In this document: positions 23,201 through 31,654 of the stretch, piece after piece
How positions within the stretch are numbered: position 1 is the stretch's first letter
Layout of the letters: each line of letters starts with the position of its first letter
Assembly: GCA_902577875.1 (NCBI GenBank)
Contig: CACHAX010000002.1
Location: 1,040 to 65,039, forward strand
Source of the DNA: an uncultured Pelagibacteraceae bacterium
GTDB lineage: Bacteria; Pseudomonadota; Alphaproteobacteria; Pelagibacterales; Pelagibacteraceae
DNA: 64,000 nt
Reading direction: 5' to 3'
Notes under the pieces: generated by a model
Database searches by the model: none
What the model was told of the DNA's origin: nothing
Seen by the model: the letters and a program-made list of their open reading frames with translations, nothing else
Program-made: the position numbers and the translations under genes

Positions 23201-24383
23201 CTCTACCATTTGTAATATCTCCAATCCAATTTTTAAAACCCGCTCTTCCACTCCAAGCCCAATACCCAAATCCAAAGTTTACTCCAGCTGTTAGTGATGA
23301 GTCTGTAACAACAGCTTTTATAGCTTCGTGAGCACCACTCATTCTCGTGCCAGTACTTCCACCATATTCTCTAAAAAAATTCAAATCTAAATCATATCCT
23401 ATAGCTGCACCAGTATAGTAACTAGTTGCCCAGACTCGATTGTTCGTCTTATCAATCGCAATTCCATATGGATAGTAAAAATATTGTCTAGTTGCGTTTG
23501 ATTTTCCCCTGCAACATTGTCCTGCAAATTTATAAGAATTAACTCTAAACGATGATGAGTCTAATGTAATTTTTGTAACTTTATGTCTATACAAGCTTGT
23601 GGCATATAAAATATTATCATTTGTTGGATGAAAACGTATGGCTGCACGATAAAAATATCTACTATTTAATGTTAAGGTAGAATATGAATTAGTTATACAT
23701 CCATTACTATCAATTTTGTGTCTAAAGAGGACTTGGTGTCTCGGAGCATAGTAATAATTTCCAGATGGATCTACAGCGCTTCCTGACTCGCTGTACAACC
23801 AGCTATACACACTTAAACTGCAACTAATTTTTGAAGGTTTGGCACCACTTAAATCCCATGTTGTATAATTTCTAGTACGACCAAAAGCGTATAATTTATT
23901 ATTTCCAATTGCTAAATTGTAAGCATATCTTACTCGCTCTGAGTAATCACAAACACCAGTTGTTGTATGCACTCTAAATACACTGTGTCCATAGTAAGAC
24001 ACTGCATAAAGATAGTCTCCGTGAACTTCCATACTATAAACATAATAAGCTCTACATTGTCCTCTTCCAAAATAAGTACCCCTGTTTGCCCAATTTGGAT
24101 CTACACTTTGTGTTGAGTCTAAAATTTTTTTAATTCCTCTAGTAGATATTTGAGCCCCATAAACGTTTCCATTGCTATCAGCAGCTACACCTTGAGGATA
24201 ATAAAAACCACCTCCAGATACCATCCTTGCGTTCATACTTCCTGATTTATCAAGAAGAATTAAAACATTAGCGGGAACATCGGCTATTCCTGAACCAGGT
24301 GGAATATTTTTAGCAAAACTATTTCCACTTAAAATAATAAAGAATAAAAATAATTTTAAAAATAATATTTTAATTTTCATCAT
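20268..24383 (-). CDS. pilY1: PilY1/PilC-type pilus tip adhesin with vWA domain
   Basis: Signal peptide, DKSGS MIDAS, LGDIYHS, YVGANDGMLHAF..GKELWGFVP, YGVDGS, LGETWSAP. Confidence 0.92.
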   Translation of the reverse strand: MMKIKILFLKLFLFFIILSGNSFAKNIPPGSGIADVPANVLILLDKSGSMNARMVSGGGFYYPQGVAADSNGNVYGAQISTRGIKKILDSTQSVDPNWANRGTYFGRGQCRAYYVYSMEVHGDYLYAVSYYGHSVFRVHTTTGVCDYSERVRYAYNLAIGNNKLYAFGRTRNYTTWDLSGAKPSKISCSLSVYSWLYSESGSAVDPSGNYYYAPRHQVLFRHKIDSNGCITNSYSTLTLNSRYFYRAAIRFHPTNDNILYATSLYRHKVTKITLDSSSFRVNSYKFAGQCCRGKSNATRQYFYYPYGIAIDKTNNRVWATSYYTGAAIGYDLDLNFFREYGGSTGTRMSGAHEAIKAVVTDSSLTAGVNFGFGYWAWSGRAGFKNWIGDITNGRAVPCSSTDCIKVRAHKQGAQRINREVSRVSAGGGTNALDWAKQAEEYYLHNRFSPVDKALTCQNSYVLVIGDGQWAYHNNARQKVINLYNRHNIKTFTVAYGGGLSGSGINNFRNMAIAGGTKDVIIANTTSSLKSQLKAAISQIIASKLSFTAPAITATVTEGGSLFQAQFDYEQNKEWRGTLTRTAIDSNGNLDTTDSKNWSAIDKLPAPDKRKIWSAIPGTDYKTDYNNFVDTNWSEINSIFGYTGNEVPAYHNKTFTAGTSSYPSNTTRCASTNGVENDADDDVKGLINFIRGTDYFDYDGDCNLTETRVHPLGDIYHSEMIVIGKPSAETAFTSSNQESYYRSLKNYESFAQSNSTRKEVIYVGANDGMLHAFDAENGKELWGFVPPFVATSLATVVNVNLNSTTGGGSNAIYGVDGSVTAHDMYFKSPLGTTKAWHTILLVPYGRGGNGFSVLDVTKPDKPLHLYSVLNDTTLKRVHVMDHNQNISSFDYIPTSYPLSSLPAAIQAKDNAEAGTGSQTCANNSANQCFKSKRWVLPTELTGISASDLEIIIDNKSVSFSVGNYSSGSGTYIDLPKDVTYYGYDPGDISKSSTNFGLYIKPGSKLTGVQSQPLYDYSTLGETWSAPRIVRIPNNGAGDVNIEDDKYVAIMGGGFGAQHMGTGSNLFLVDLENTTLPGAIYKVLQIEDLTTNDIVNSTPGSAVVITPDTARGVNYRGALVYLNDLEGKITKFNLTNMSEDGSGNKIKQFDSTTLFTAGSTAANGRYMYHSMDATIGQTTNSLWLYAGTGDYERIGDTTSTNNNMMFGIADPDYPLYRNIATATKAADLSKCKNTTKDASGASCPQLPGDVGWYISLENSQKVTAEPTVSSGLVYFPIYQPSSSVNKCSLGDAFICGVDDECGTNFSYKLGGLRNKTDVCKYVGQGVLSRIVVFADKLFANIAGQSTGKKKDLVTLDAAAGGTTGFRSSWRQNY

Positions 24384-24927
24384 TTTTTTCAGCTTCCATC
24401 ATCTCAACATTACTATAAAATATTCCAAGTTTTTCATCGTACTCTTTATTTGAAATATATATTTCTTCGTTAATCATTTCTTCAGGATCAATTAATCTTT
24501 GGTAAACAATAATTTTGTCTCCTTTTTCCCAAACATTATAACTATTAAAAATCTTAGGATTTTGACCAGTATCAAAATTTCCATAAACTTTTTTTGCATA
24601 ATTCATTAGTGTTAATTTATTAGCCTCAGTATTTTTTCCATCATTTAGCGCAATCATTCTAATAGCTGCTAAATTTGAACTTTCTTCTTTTTCACCCAAA
24701 AATACATATTCTACCGCAATCATTTCATTTAAAGATTGTTCGTTTGGACAAACTTCAGTCGATTCTATTGGCAACATATATTGACCCTCAAACATTGGCA
24801 ATGGTGGCATAAATTTATCAAATAATTTTTGTCCTTTATCTCCAATATCAATAATGAAATCACAAGCTGCATTTGCATATGTTGTGGTTAAGAAAAAAAC
24901 TACAAACAATTTAATTAAATTTTTCAT
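24370..24927 (-). CDS. Exported acidic hypothetical protein
   Basis: Signal peptide ending ANA; stop overlaps pilY1 start region. Confidence 0.7.
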   Translation of the reverse strand: MKNLIKLFVVFFLTTTYANAACDFIIDIGDKGQKLFDKFMPPLPMFEGQYMLPIESTEVCPNEQSLNEMIAVEYVFLGEKEESSNLAAIRMIALNDGKNTEANKLTLMNYAKKVYGNFDTGQNPKIFNSYNVWEKGDKIIVYQRLIDPEEMINEEIYISNKEYDEKLGIFYSNVEMMEAEKNDEN

Positions 24928-24992
24928 TAATTACTTAAATATTAATACAACTTGTTTTTTTTGTCCTTATAAAATTTAACATAAAACTCATA

Positions 24993-25658
24993 TTATTTTG
25001 GTAAAACTAGCACACTTTCTAGAGCAACAATAAAAGTAGTATCTTCGTCCCCTGTATCTTTTAGGCCACATCCATGTATTCTATATGCCATTCCATCGTT
25101 CCCGCTATCTGTGGCACCTTTCTTAACACTTGATCCAAAACCTCTGTATGGCGCTGCGCCAACTCGTACAATAAAATATTCATAATAGTAGTTTTCTAGT
25201 TTTTTTGCGTCTGCTTTTTCTTCAGAAGTTGCATGAAAGTTATCTTTTAAAAGTTTTCCAAAATTCCAACTCTCTGAAGCAACTATTTTTGTATTTTTTT
25301 GATCTAATTGAGAAAAACTTTGAAAACATATTTTTTTAGAATCAAATTCACCTCTGTTATAATTTATTGTGTGCATAGTTCCATTCCAAGCAGAAGTTCC
25401 ATTTGCTGGTAATCCACGATTAGAACTTCTTTTATGAGTACCAGTATCCCAAGCACCAAGGAATTGATCAATAACGTATCTTTCGCCTTCAAGAAGTGCA
25501 GCTTCAGCAACATAAAATGTTTGTTGATATTCATCACTGCTATTATTGCTACGGTGATCACTTGCTGAAATAACTATCAGTGCACCACCCATTAAAGACA
25601 TTGCTAGCATTAATACAAGTGAGAGTACTAAAGCAAAACCTTTTTCATTTTTTTTCAT
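24993..25658 (-). CDS. pilX: Minor pilin PilX-like
   Basis: KG|FALVLSL lacking Glu5; F.VAEAAL..GE motif. Confidence 0.85.
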   Translation of the reverse strand: MKKNEKGFALVLSLVLMLAMSLMGGALIVISASDHRSNNSSDEYQQTFYVAEAALLEGERYVIDQFLGAWDTGTHKRSSNRGLPANGTSAWNGTMHTINYNRGEFDSKKICFQSFSQLDQKNTKIVASESWNFGKLLKDNFHATSEEKADAKKLENYYYEYFIVRVGAAPYRGFGSSVKKGATDSGNDGMAYRIHGCGLKDTGDEDTTFIVALESVLVLPK

Positions 25659-26482
25659 TATTGCATTCCTAAATTTCTGGCATGAGCTGTTACAATAATC
25701 ATGTCTCTTAAATATTTATCAGCTAATTTTCCTTTATTTCTTTTTGGGTCCAAAAGAGCCAAAATTTCTCTTGGTTTTGATTTTCTATAAAATTGTTTTT
25801 TTGATCTTACTGTTAAAGCAATATCAATAGTTTTAATTTTATATAAATAATCTTTTGTAGAATTTGTTGAAGTTGGTGGAGGGCTTATTATTTTCCCATC
25901 ATCGTCATAAGGAATAAAAACTAAATCAACAATATAGTCGGTTACAAGCTGATTTGCATAGGTTGAGGCATCACTATCTGTTGCAGTATCCAACCAGTCT
26001 AATTTTGAAGGGCTCCATTTTTCTCTGGATTTATATATTGCAAAAGCTTCTATTTTATTTCCAGTAACTTTATCAATTATATTTGATGCCTTACATTCAT
26101 AAGTAATTTTATACCTTGAATACTCATAAACTGGGTCCTTACCTGCTGGATATGTAATGTTAACATCGCCACTTACTAATTCAATCTTATCACATGAATT
26201 ATAAGAAGTATCTTTAGTAATAAGAATTGGTGAAAGTTTAGAAGTAGTTCTTATAGTATCTCCAAAATACTGAAATCCGGCGTTCCTTATATCTCTTATG
26301 ATCATACCCAACATATCTCTGCCCGCTGTTGAAATAGCTGCTTTATCTGTTACTTGCGAATAAGAGTTATTTACTACTGTATATGATGTAAACATTGCAC
26401 CCATCATGATAACAGAAATTAAAATACCAATAAGTATCTCAATTAAAGTAACACCAGAATTATTTTTTAATTTTTTCATCAA
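25658..26482 (-). CDS. pilW: Minor pilin PilW-like
   Basis: G|VTLIEIL; RDIRNAGF motif; C-terminal ARN. Confidence 0.85.
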   Translation of the reverse strand: MMKKLKNNSGVTLIEILIGILISVIMMGAMFTSYTVVNNSYSQVTDKAAISTAGRDMLGMIIRDIRNAGFQYFGDTIRTTSKLSPILITKDTSYNSCDKIELVSGDVNITYPAGKDPVYEYSRYKITYECKASNIIDKVTGNKIEAFAIYKSREKWSPSKLDWLDTATDSDASTYANQLVTDYIVDLVFIPYDDDGKIISPPPTSTNSTKDYLYKIKTIDIALTVRSKKQFYRKSKPREILALLDPKRNKGKLADKYLRDMIIVTAHARNLGMQ

Positions 26483-27081
26483 TCGATTTGAAAATACAAA
26501 TATTTTGTCTTATCCTTTTTTCCACCTGTTCTAACTTTGAGTTGCATTTTTCCATAAATTCTTTTTTCATATATTCTGTATTTATTTTTATTCGTGCTGT
26601 TAGTATAAAGTGAATTACTTGTATATGAACATGACGATCCACCAAGAGAACTGCAAATATCGTAAACTTTCAAAACCTTCGTTGTCTTTCCACTTTCACA
26701 TTTAAGTCTTTTGTTCGCAAAATACTGTCTCCATTTCTCAAACTTTTTATCGGGGACTTTTGTTAAACCAGTTTTTGCCTTAGGTTTGCATTCATCGACA
26801 ACATTTTGCGTGCTGTCCCAAGAATTACCTTTAGACTGTTTTGCTGCTAAATAATCTTTTAATTTAGGGTTTGTTGAATCACCAGAGTCAGCATTTTTTT
26901 CTGAAATTAAGTCTTCTGCAACCATTGAAACTAAATAATTTGCTTTAGTTCTATCGCTAGATACATCTATTGAACGTATAGAGTAATTTACCATTTGAAA
27001 AACAGCAACAAAGCCTATTCCAATAATAACAGTTGAAACCAGAGCCTCTAATAACGTCATTCCTTTATCAGATTTCATCAT
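26479..27081 (-). CDS. pilV: Minor pilin PilV-like
   Basis: G|MTLLEALV class III signal; position between fimT and pilW. Confidence 0.8.
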   Translation of the reverse strand: MMKSDKGMTLLEALVSTVIIGIGFVAVFQMVNYSIRSIDVSSDRTKANYLVSMVAEDLISEKNADSGDSTNPKLKDYLAAKQSKGNSWDSTQNVVDECKPKAKTGLTKVPDKKFEKWRQYFANKRLKCESGKTTKVLKVYDICSSLGGSSCSYTSNSLYTNSTNKNKYRIYEKRIYGKMQLKVRTGGKKDKTKYLYFQID

Positions 27082-27085
27082 TTTA

Positions 27086-27739
27086 TTATAATCTATTCCA
27101 ACTATTTCTTGACCATTTAAATTTTGCTATTGTGCCAAATCTTGTCCATTGAATGAGATATGCTTTTTCTTTTTTATTAAAAGTAAGAGGACAATTGGTT
27201 CTAACTTTCTTTTTATGGTCTTTGTTAAGACAAATTATTAAATATTGGTCTGTTAATTGACCCTCAACTTTAGTATTTATATTACTCATACCATCATACT
27301 TTGATGGATCATTTGAAAAACAAACCCCATCTTTTTTGGTTAAATGTGTTATAATATCTGTAGTGGATTTTTCATCTAAACCATTTAAATCCCAATAATC
27401 TGATGCAGAAGTATTACATTCAATATTTTTAAATTTACCCATTTGGTTGCCTCTTTTTCTTTGTGCGAATGTATTTAACTTTAATGCATTAGTTGAAAAA
27501 ATTACTCCACTTCCTGAAGGGGATACTTTAAATTGAACATAAGGATAATTTCCTCTTTGTTGAAGTGTATTTGCTGATCTGATTAAACTTGCAGCGTCTT
27601 CCATTGCCACTCTTACAAGTCTGTCCGTCCTCCAATCCATAAAATTTGGAAAACCAATAGCTGATAAAATTGCAATTAATGAAACAACAACTAGTAGTTC
27701 AAGTAATGTAAAACCTTTAATGTTCTGATCTTGCGGCAC
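27086..27739 (-). CDS. fimT: Minor pilin FimT/FimU-like
   Basis: G|FTLLELLVV..IL..IG.PNF..W; GTG start overlapping pilT 3' end. Confidence 0.78.
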   Translation of the reverse strand: MPQDQNIKGFTLLELLVVVSLIAILSAIGFPNFMDWRTDRLVRVAMEDAASLIRSANTLQQRGNYPYVQFKVSPSGSGVIFSTNALKLNTFAQRKRGNQMGKFKNIECNTSASDYWDLNGLDEKSTTDIITHLTKKDGVCFSNDPSKYDGMSNINTKVEGQLTDQYLIICLNKDHKKKVRTNCPLTFNKKEKAYLIQWTRFGTIAKFKWSRNSWNRL

Positions 27740-28733
27740 CGGGATCTATTTTCCCTGATTTTGCTAATTCTTCAAGAGATTTTTCCATTGTAATCATACC
27801 ATCTCTCACAGCAGTTTGCATAATGCTAGGTATTTGGTGAATTTTAGCTTCTCGAATTAAGTTCTGAATTGGCGCAGTACATTTCATAATCTCAAATGCA
27901 CCAACTCTACCTAAACCATCTCTTGTTTTTAATAATCTTTGTGTCACTACCATTTTAAGAGATGTAGATATCTGAGCTCTAATTTGCTCTTGTTGTTCAG
28001 GAGGAAAAACATCTATAATTCTATTGATAGTGCTTGGTGCACCACTCGTGTGTAAAGTTCCAAATACTAAATGACCTGTTTCTGCTGCTGTTAATGCTAA
28101 ACTAATAGTTTCAAGATCTCTCATCTCTCCAACTAAAATTACATCTGGATCTTCTCTCAATGCTGCTTTTAAAGCAGCAGCAAATGTTTCAGTTTGTTTT
28201 CCAACTTCACGATGAGAAACAATACTCTTATTATCTGTATGAATAAATTCTACTGGATCTTCAACTGTAATAATATTTGCAGTTCTTGTCTTATTAATTT
28301 CATTTACTATTGCAGCCAATGTTGTTGATTTTCCAGAACCAGTTGGTCCTGTAACCAGCACAAGTCCTTTGTGGAAATCGACAATGTCATAAAGTGCTTG
28401 CGGTAAATTAAATTGATCCATATCTGGAATTTTACTTTCCACTCTTCTACACACGCACGCAGGTCCATTAATCGTTTTATAAAAATTTGCTCTAAATCTT
28501 AAACCACTTAATGTAACTGATGTATCTAGTTCATGAGTTTTATCAAATTTATTTAATTCACCCTCATTACAATTCATTGAAAGTAAATCTTTTAAATCTT
28601 GTGCCGTCACAACTACTTCTGGTACTTTGACAATTTCACCTGTTTGTCTATATGCTAAAGGAGAACCAGATCTTATGTGAAAATCGGAAATTTTTTTATT
28701 GTTTTTTGCAAGCTCTTCAAGTTTTTCAAACAT
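27717..28733 (-). CDS. pilT: Pilus retraction ATPase PilT
   Basis: GPTGSGKSTT, EDPVEF, LREDPD..VGEMRD, TGHLVFGTLH, PIQNLIRE (AIRNLIRE-like). Confidence 0.96.
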   Translation of the reverse strand: MFEKLEELAKNNKKISDFHIRSGSPLAYRQTGEIVKVPEVVVTAQDLKDLLSMNCNEGELNKFDKTHELDTSVTLSGLRFRANFYKTINGPACVCRRVESKIPDMDQFNLPQALYDIVDFHKGLVLVTGPTGSGKSTTLAAIVNEINKTRTANIITVEDPVEFIHTDNKSIVSHREVGKQTETFAAALKAALREDPDVILVGEMRDLETISLALTAAETGHLVFGTLHTSGAPSTINRIIDVFPPEQQEQIRAQISTSLKMVVTQRLLKTRDGLGRVGAFEIMKCTAPIQNLIREAKIHQIPSIMQTAVRDGMITMEKSLEELAKSGKIDPGAARSEH

Positions 28734-28861
28734 ATTGATATATGTACTATATATTTAGCTTGTTTTACCATTTAATTTTTGTAAAAAACCCAAATTGAAT
28801 AACTGGTGTTTTTATTCTAGTAAAAGTTGAGTATATAGTTAAAATCTACAGTTATAAATTT

Positions 28862-30574
28862 ATGAAAAATCCATTTGCAAACCTATTTAAAAAGAAAAAA
28901 AAAGATGAGGCAGGTAAGCCGCCAACCCCAACAGGCGACAAACCAAAAAAAGAAGGATTTTTTGATAAGTTTTTAAAAAATAGATTAGGAAAACAATCTA
29001 TCAAAGGAGAAGAAATTTTAGGAGTTGAGCTAACACCATCCGAAATTAGATTATCTCAAGTCTCAAGCAATAAAGCAAACCAATGGGTTTTAGATAAATT
29101 TTTTGTTCATAAGTTTGAAGGTATTCCTGAAAATGGAACAGTTTTAGAAAACCCAGATAAGGTTGCAGATGAATTAAAACTTGCTTTACAGAAATCTAAA
29201 ATATCAACTACAAATGCTGCAATTGCTATTCCAGTTACAAGCGCAATCATAAGAGTTGTAACTGCACCTTTAATGACTGATGAAGAGTTAGCAAAAGCCA
29301 TAGATACAGATTCACTTTGGGAAAATCTAGTGCAGTTGACTGATAATCTTGCTGATTATTCAATTTTCCATCAGGTTATTAATAGAGATAAAACCGGCAA
29401 TACAATGGATATATTGTTTGTTGCATCAAAGCTATCAGACATAAACAGTTACACTGATATAATCAAAAAAGGTGGTCTAAACGCTGTAATAATAGATGTT
29501 AAGTGTTTTGCATTAAAATCCGCCGTAGACCAAATAAATCAGATAGCCGGTTCAATTGAGGATTCTAATTTAACTGCAGTTTTAGAATTTGGATTAGATG
29601 AAAATTATGTAATGATACTTTATGACAATAATCCAATTATAACTGATATCTTCATTAGATCACAAGATAGAAAAACTTTACAAGAAAGTAACAATCAAGA
29701 GGAGATGGAAGCGCTTGTAAGAAGATATATGACACAAGTTAAGCAAGCCGTTCAAGATTTTGAACAGAAATATGAAAAAAGAATTAGAAATTTAAAAGTT
29801 ACTTCAAACTTACCTAACGTAGAAGATTATTTGGCAAGCTTTAGAAAAAATATGGTTAATACAGGTTATAATTTATTTGATCCTTTTGATGGCATAAAAA
29901 TTCCAGCACAATTAGAAAACGATGTTAAGATTGACAATAGATCTTATTTTTCTACTGTAATGGGATTAGCATTTAGGAAACTAGATGTTTTTGGTTACTA
30001 TAAATTTGTTACTGCAGTAAAAAATATCAACCTTCTACCAAATAGAGAAAATATGATTGCTCAAAAAAAAGCAAAAGCCTTCTCAAATTTTGCATTTAAA
30101 GGGGTGGTTGGAGTTGTTGCTGTAATTTATATAGTCTTGTTTGGTTTAGCATTTTGGCAAATAACAGATCTTAACAAAAAAATTGATGGTTATGACCAAA
30201 TTGTGCAACAACACGAACTAAAAACTTTAGAAAAAAATAAATTTGCTAAAGAAATAGGTGTAATGCTTAAATCTCTAAATCTAAGTAAATCTATAAAATC
30301 AAACAAAACTGTAAGTTTCAGAGTGTTAGCTCAAATTGCATCTGCTGTTCCAAAAAGAGTTAAATTTAAATCAATAGAATATAATGGATCTAATTTAGTG
30401 GTTATAGAAGGATCAGCATTTAGTGATCAAGATATTCTTAAATTGATCAGTAATTTAAATAACAAAAAGCTTATTTCACAAGCTTCACTTGCAAGTATGA
30501 CTTTACCGCAAGGTCAACAAGGATCACAAAATATGAAAGGCTTTAAAGTAGCCTGTGTATTGGAGGCATCTTAA
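28862..30574 (+). CDS. Fused PilM-PilN alignment-complex protein
   Basis: N-terminal PilM-like domain, internal INLLP motif, TM, then PilN-like domain (VPKRV..IEGSA). Confidence 0.85.
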   Translation: MKNPFANLFKKKKKDEAGKPPTPTGDKPKKEGFFDKFLKNRLGKQSIKGEEILGVELTPSEIRLSQVSSNKANQWVLDKFFVHKFEGIPENGTVLENPDKVADELKLALQKSKISTTNAAIAIPVTSAIIRVVTAPLMTDEELAKAIDTDSLWENLVQLTDNLADYSIFHQVINRDKTGNTMDILFVASKLSDINSYTDIIKKGGLNAVIIDVKCFALKSAVDQINQIAGSIEDSNLTAVLEFGLDENYVMILYDNNPIITDIFIRSQDRKTLQESNNQEEMEALVRRYMTQVKQAVQDFEQKYEKRIRNLKVTSNLPNVEDYLASFRKNMVNTGYNLFDPFDGIKIPAQLENDVKIDNRSYFSTVMGLAFRKLDVFGYYKFVTAVKNINLLPNRENMIAQKKAKAFSNFAFKGVVGVVAVIYIVLFGLAFWQITDLNKKIDGYDQIVQQHELKTLEKNKFAKEIGVMLKSLNLSKSIKSNKTVSFRVLAQIASAVPKRVKFKSIEYNGSNLVVIEGSAFSDQDILKLISNLNNKKLISQASLASMTLPQGQQGSQNMKGFKVACVLEAS

Positions 30575-31212
30575 TGGATCTTAAAAATATAACTATGGAT
30601 GATTTAAAACAAAAACTTAATTCCATAGATAAAAAAACATTAATAAAATTTGGATCAGGTTTTGTAGCAATATTATTATTTTTAATAATTTATTATGCAG
30701 TTTTAAATCCAATGGTTAAAGAAAGAAAAGCAAAATATGAAGATAAAATATTAAAACAAAACGAAATAGAACAATTTCAAAATGAGATAATAGTTTTTAA
30801 AAAACGAATAAAAAAAATGAAACCAGATTTTGACAAAACATCTACTTTGTTTCATTCTAAAGCAGAAGTTGAAGGCTTATATGAAAGTTTAAGCAAATAT
30901 GCAGATGTAAATGGGTTGGTGATTTCAAAAATAGAAAAGAAAAAACCTGAGCCTGTTTTTAAACAAGGTGTTGCAGCACAATCGGAAGAAAATATCAAAC
31001 AGGATATGGTCTCGTATTACAAAATACCAGTAGATTATGAGATTAAAGGCAATTTTCTTGGATATATAAAGTTTAAAAGAGCAGTATCCAGACAAAACAA
31101 AATGTTAAATTTTGACAAAGAGACTATAAGTATAGTACAAAACGATTCAACCGGAGCGATAGTGGCTCAAGGAGAATTAACTATTGTAGGACTACCAAAT
31201 GAATTTTTCTAA
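30574..31212 (+). CDS. pilO: PilO
   Basis: TM + coiled coil; YYKIPVDYEIKGNF motif; position. Confidence 0.85.
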   Translation: MDLKNITMDDLKQKLNSIDKKTLIKFGSGFVAILLFLIIYYAVLNPMVKERKAKYEDKILKQNEIEQFQNEIIVFKKRIKKMKPDFDKTSTLFHSKAEVEGLYESLSKYADVNGLVISKIEKKKPEPVFKQGVAAQSEENIKQDMVSYYKIPVDYEIKGNFLGYIKFKRAVSRQNKMLNFDKETISIVQNDSTGAIVAQGELTIVGLPNEFF

Positions 31213-31654
31213 ACTTATAAATATTATATTTCTGGTTTTATTACTATCCTTCAATAATTCATTTGCAGATAGTCATGATAAAAAAAAAGAGGAAGTGCTG
31301 GAAAAAGCAAAAGAAATTGTAAAAGATATGGAGGAAGATGAAGAGGTTCCTTTAAATGACCCATTTGCAGGAAACGAAGGCACAAGTTCTATGTCTAATA
31401 TTCCAAGCGAAGAGCAAGATAATGAAATGAGTTTATATAATTTTAAACTTGCAGGATTAATATCAGGAAAAGATTATAGTTATATATCTTTAGTAAACTC
31501 TGGAGGAGAAGTCCTTACATTAACTTTAGGACAATATTTGGGAGAAATTCAATTAGTTGATCTTAGATTAACAGAGGCAATATTTAAAAAAGATGATGGA
31601 AAATTTATGATTATTGATTTTAATAATCAAGTAAGAGAGTCAAATGATTATTAA
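31199..31654 (+). CDS. pilP: PilP-like protein
   Basis: DPF motif, L..FKLAG, GQYLG; between pilO and pilQ. Confidence 0.75.
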   Translation: MNFSKLINIIFLVLLLSFNNSFADSHDKKKEEVLEKAKEIVKDMEEDEEVPLNDPFAGNEGTSSMSNIPSEEQDNEMSLYNFKLAGLISGKDYSYISLVNSGGEVLTLTLGQYLGEIQLVDLRLTEAIFKKDDGKFMIIDFNNQVRESNDY

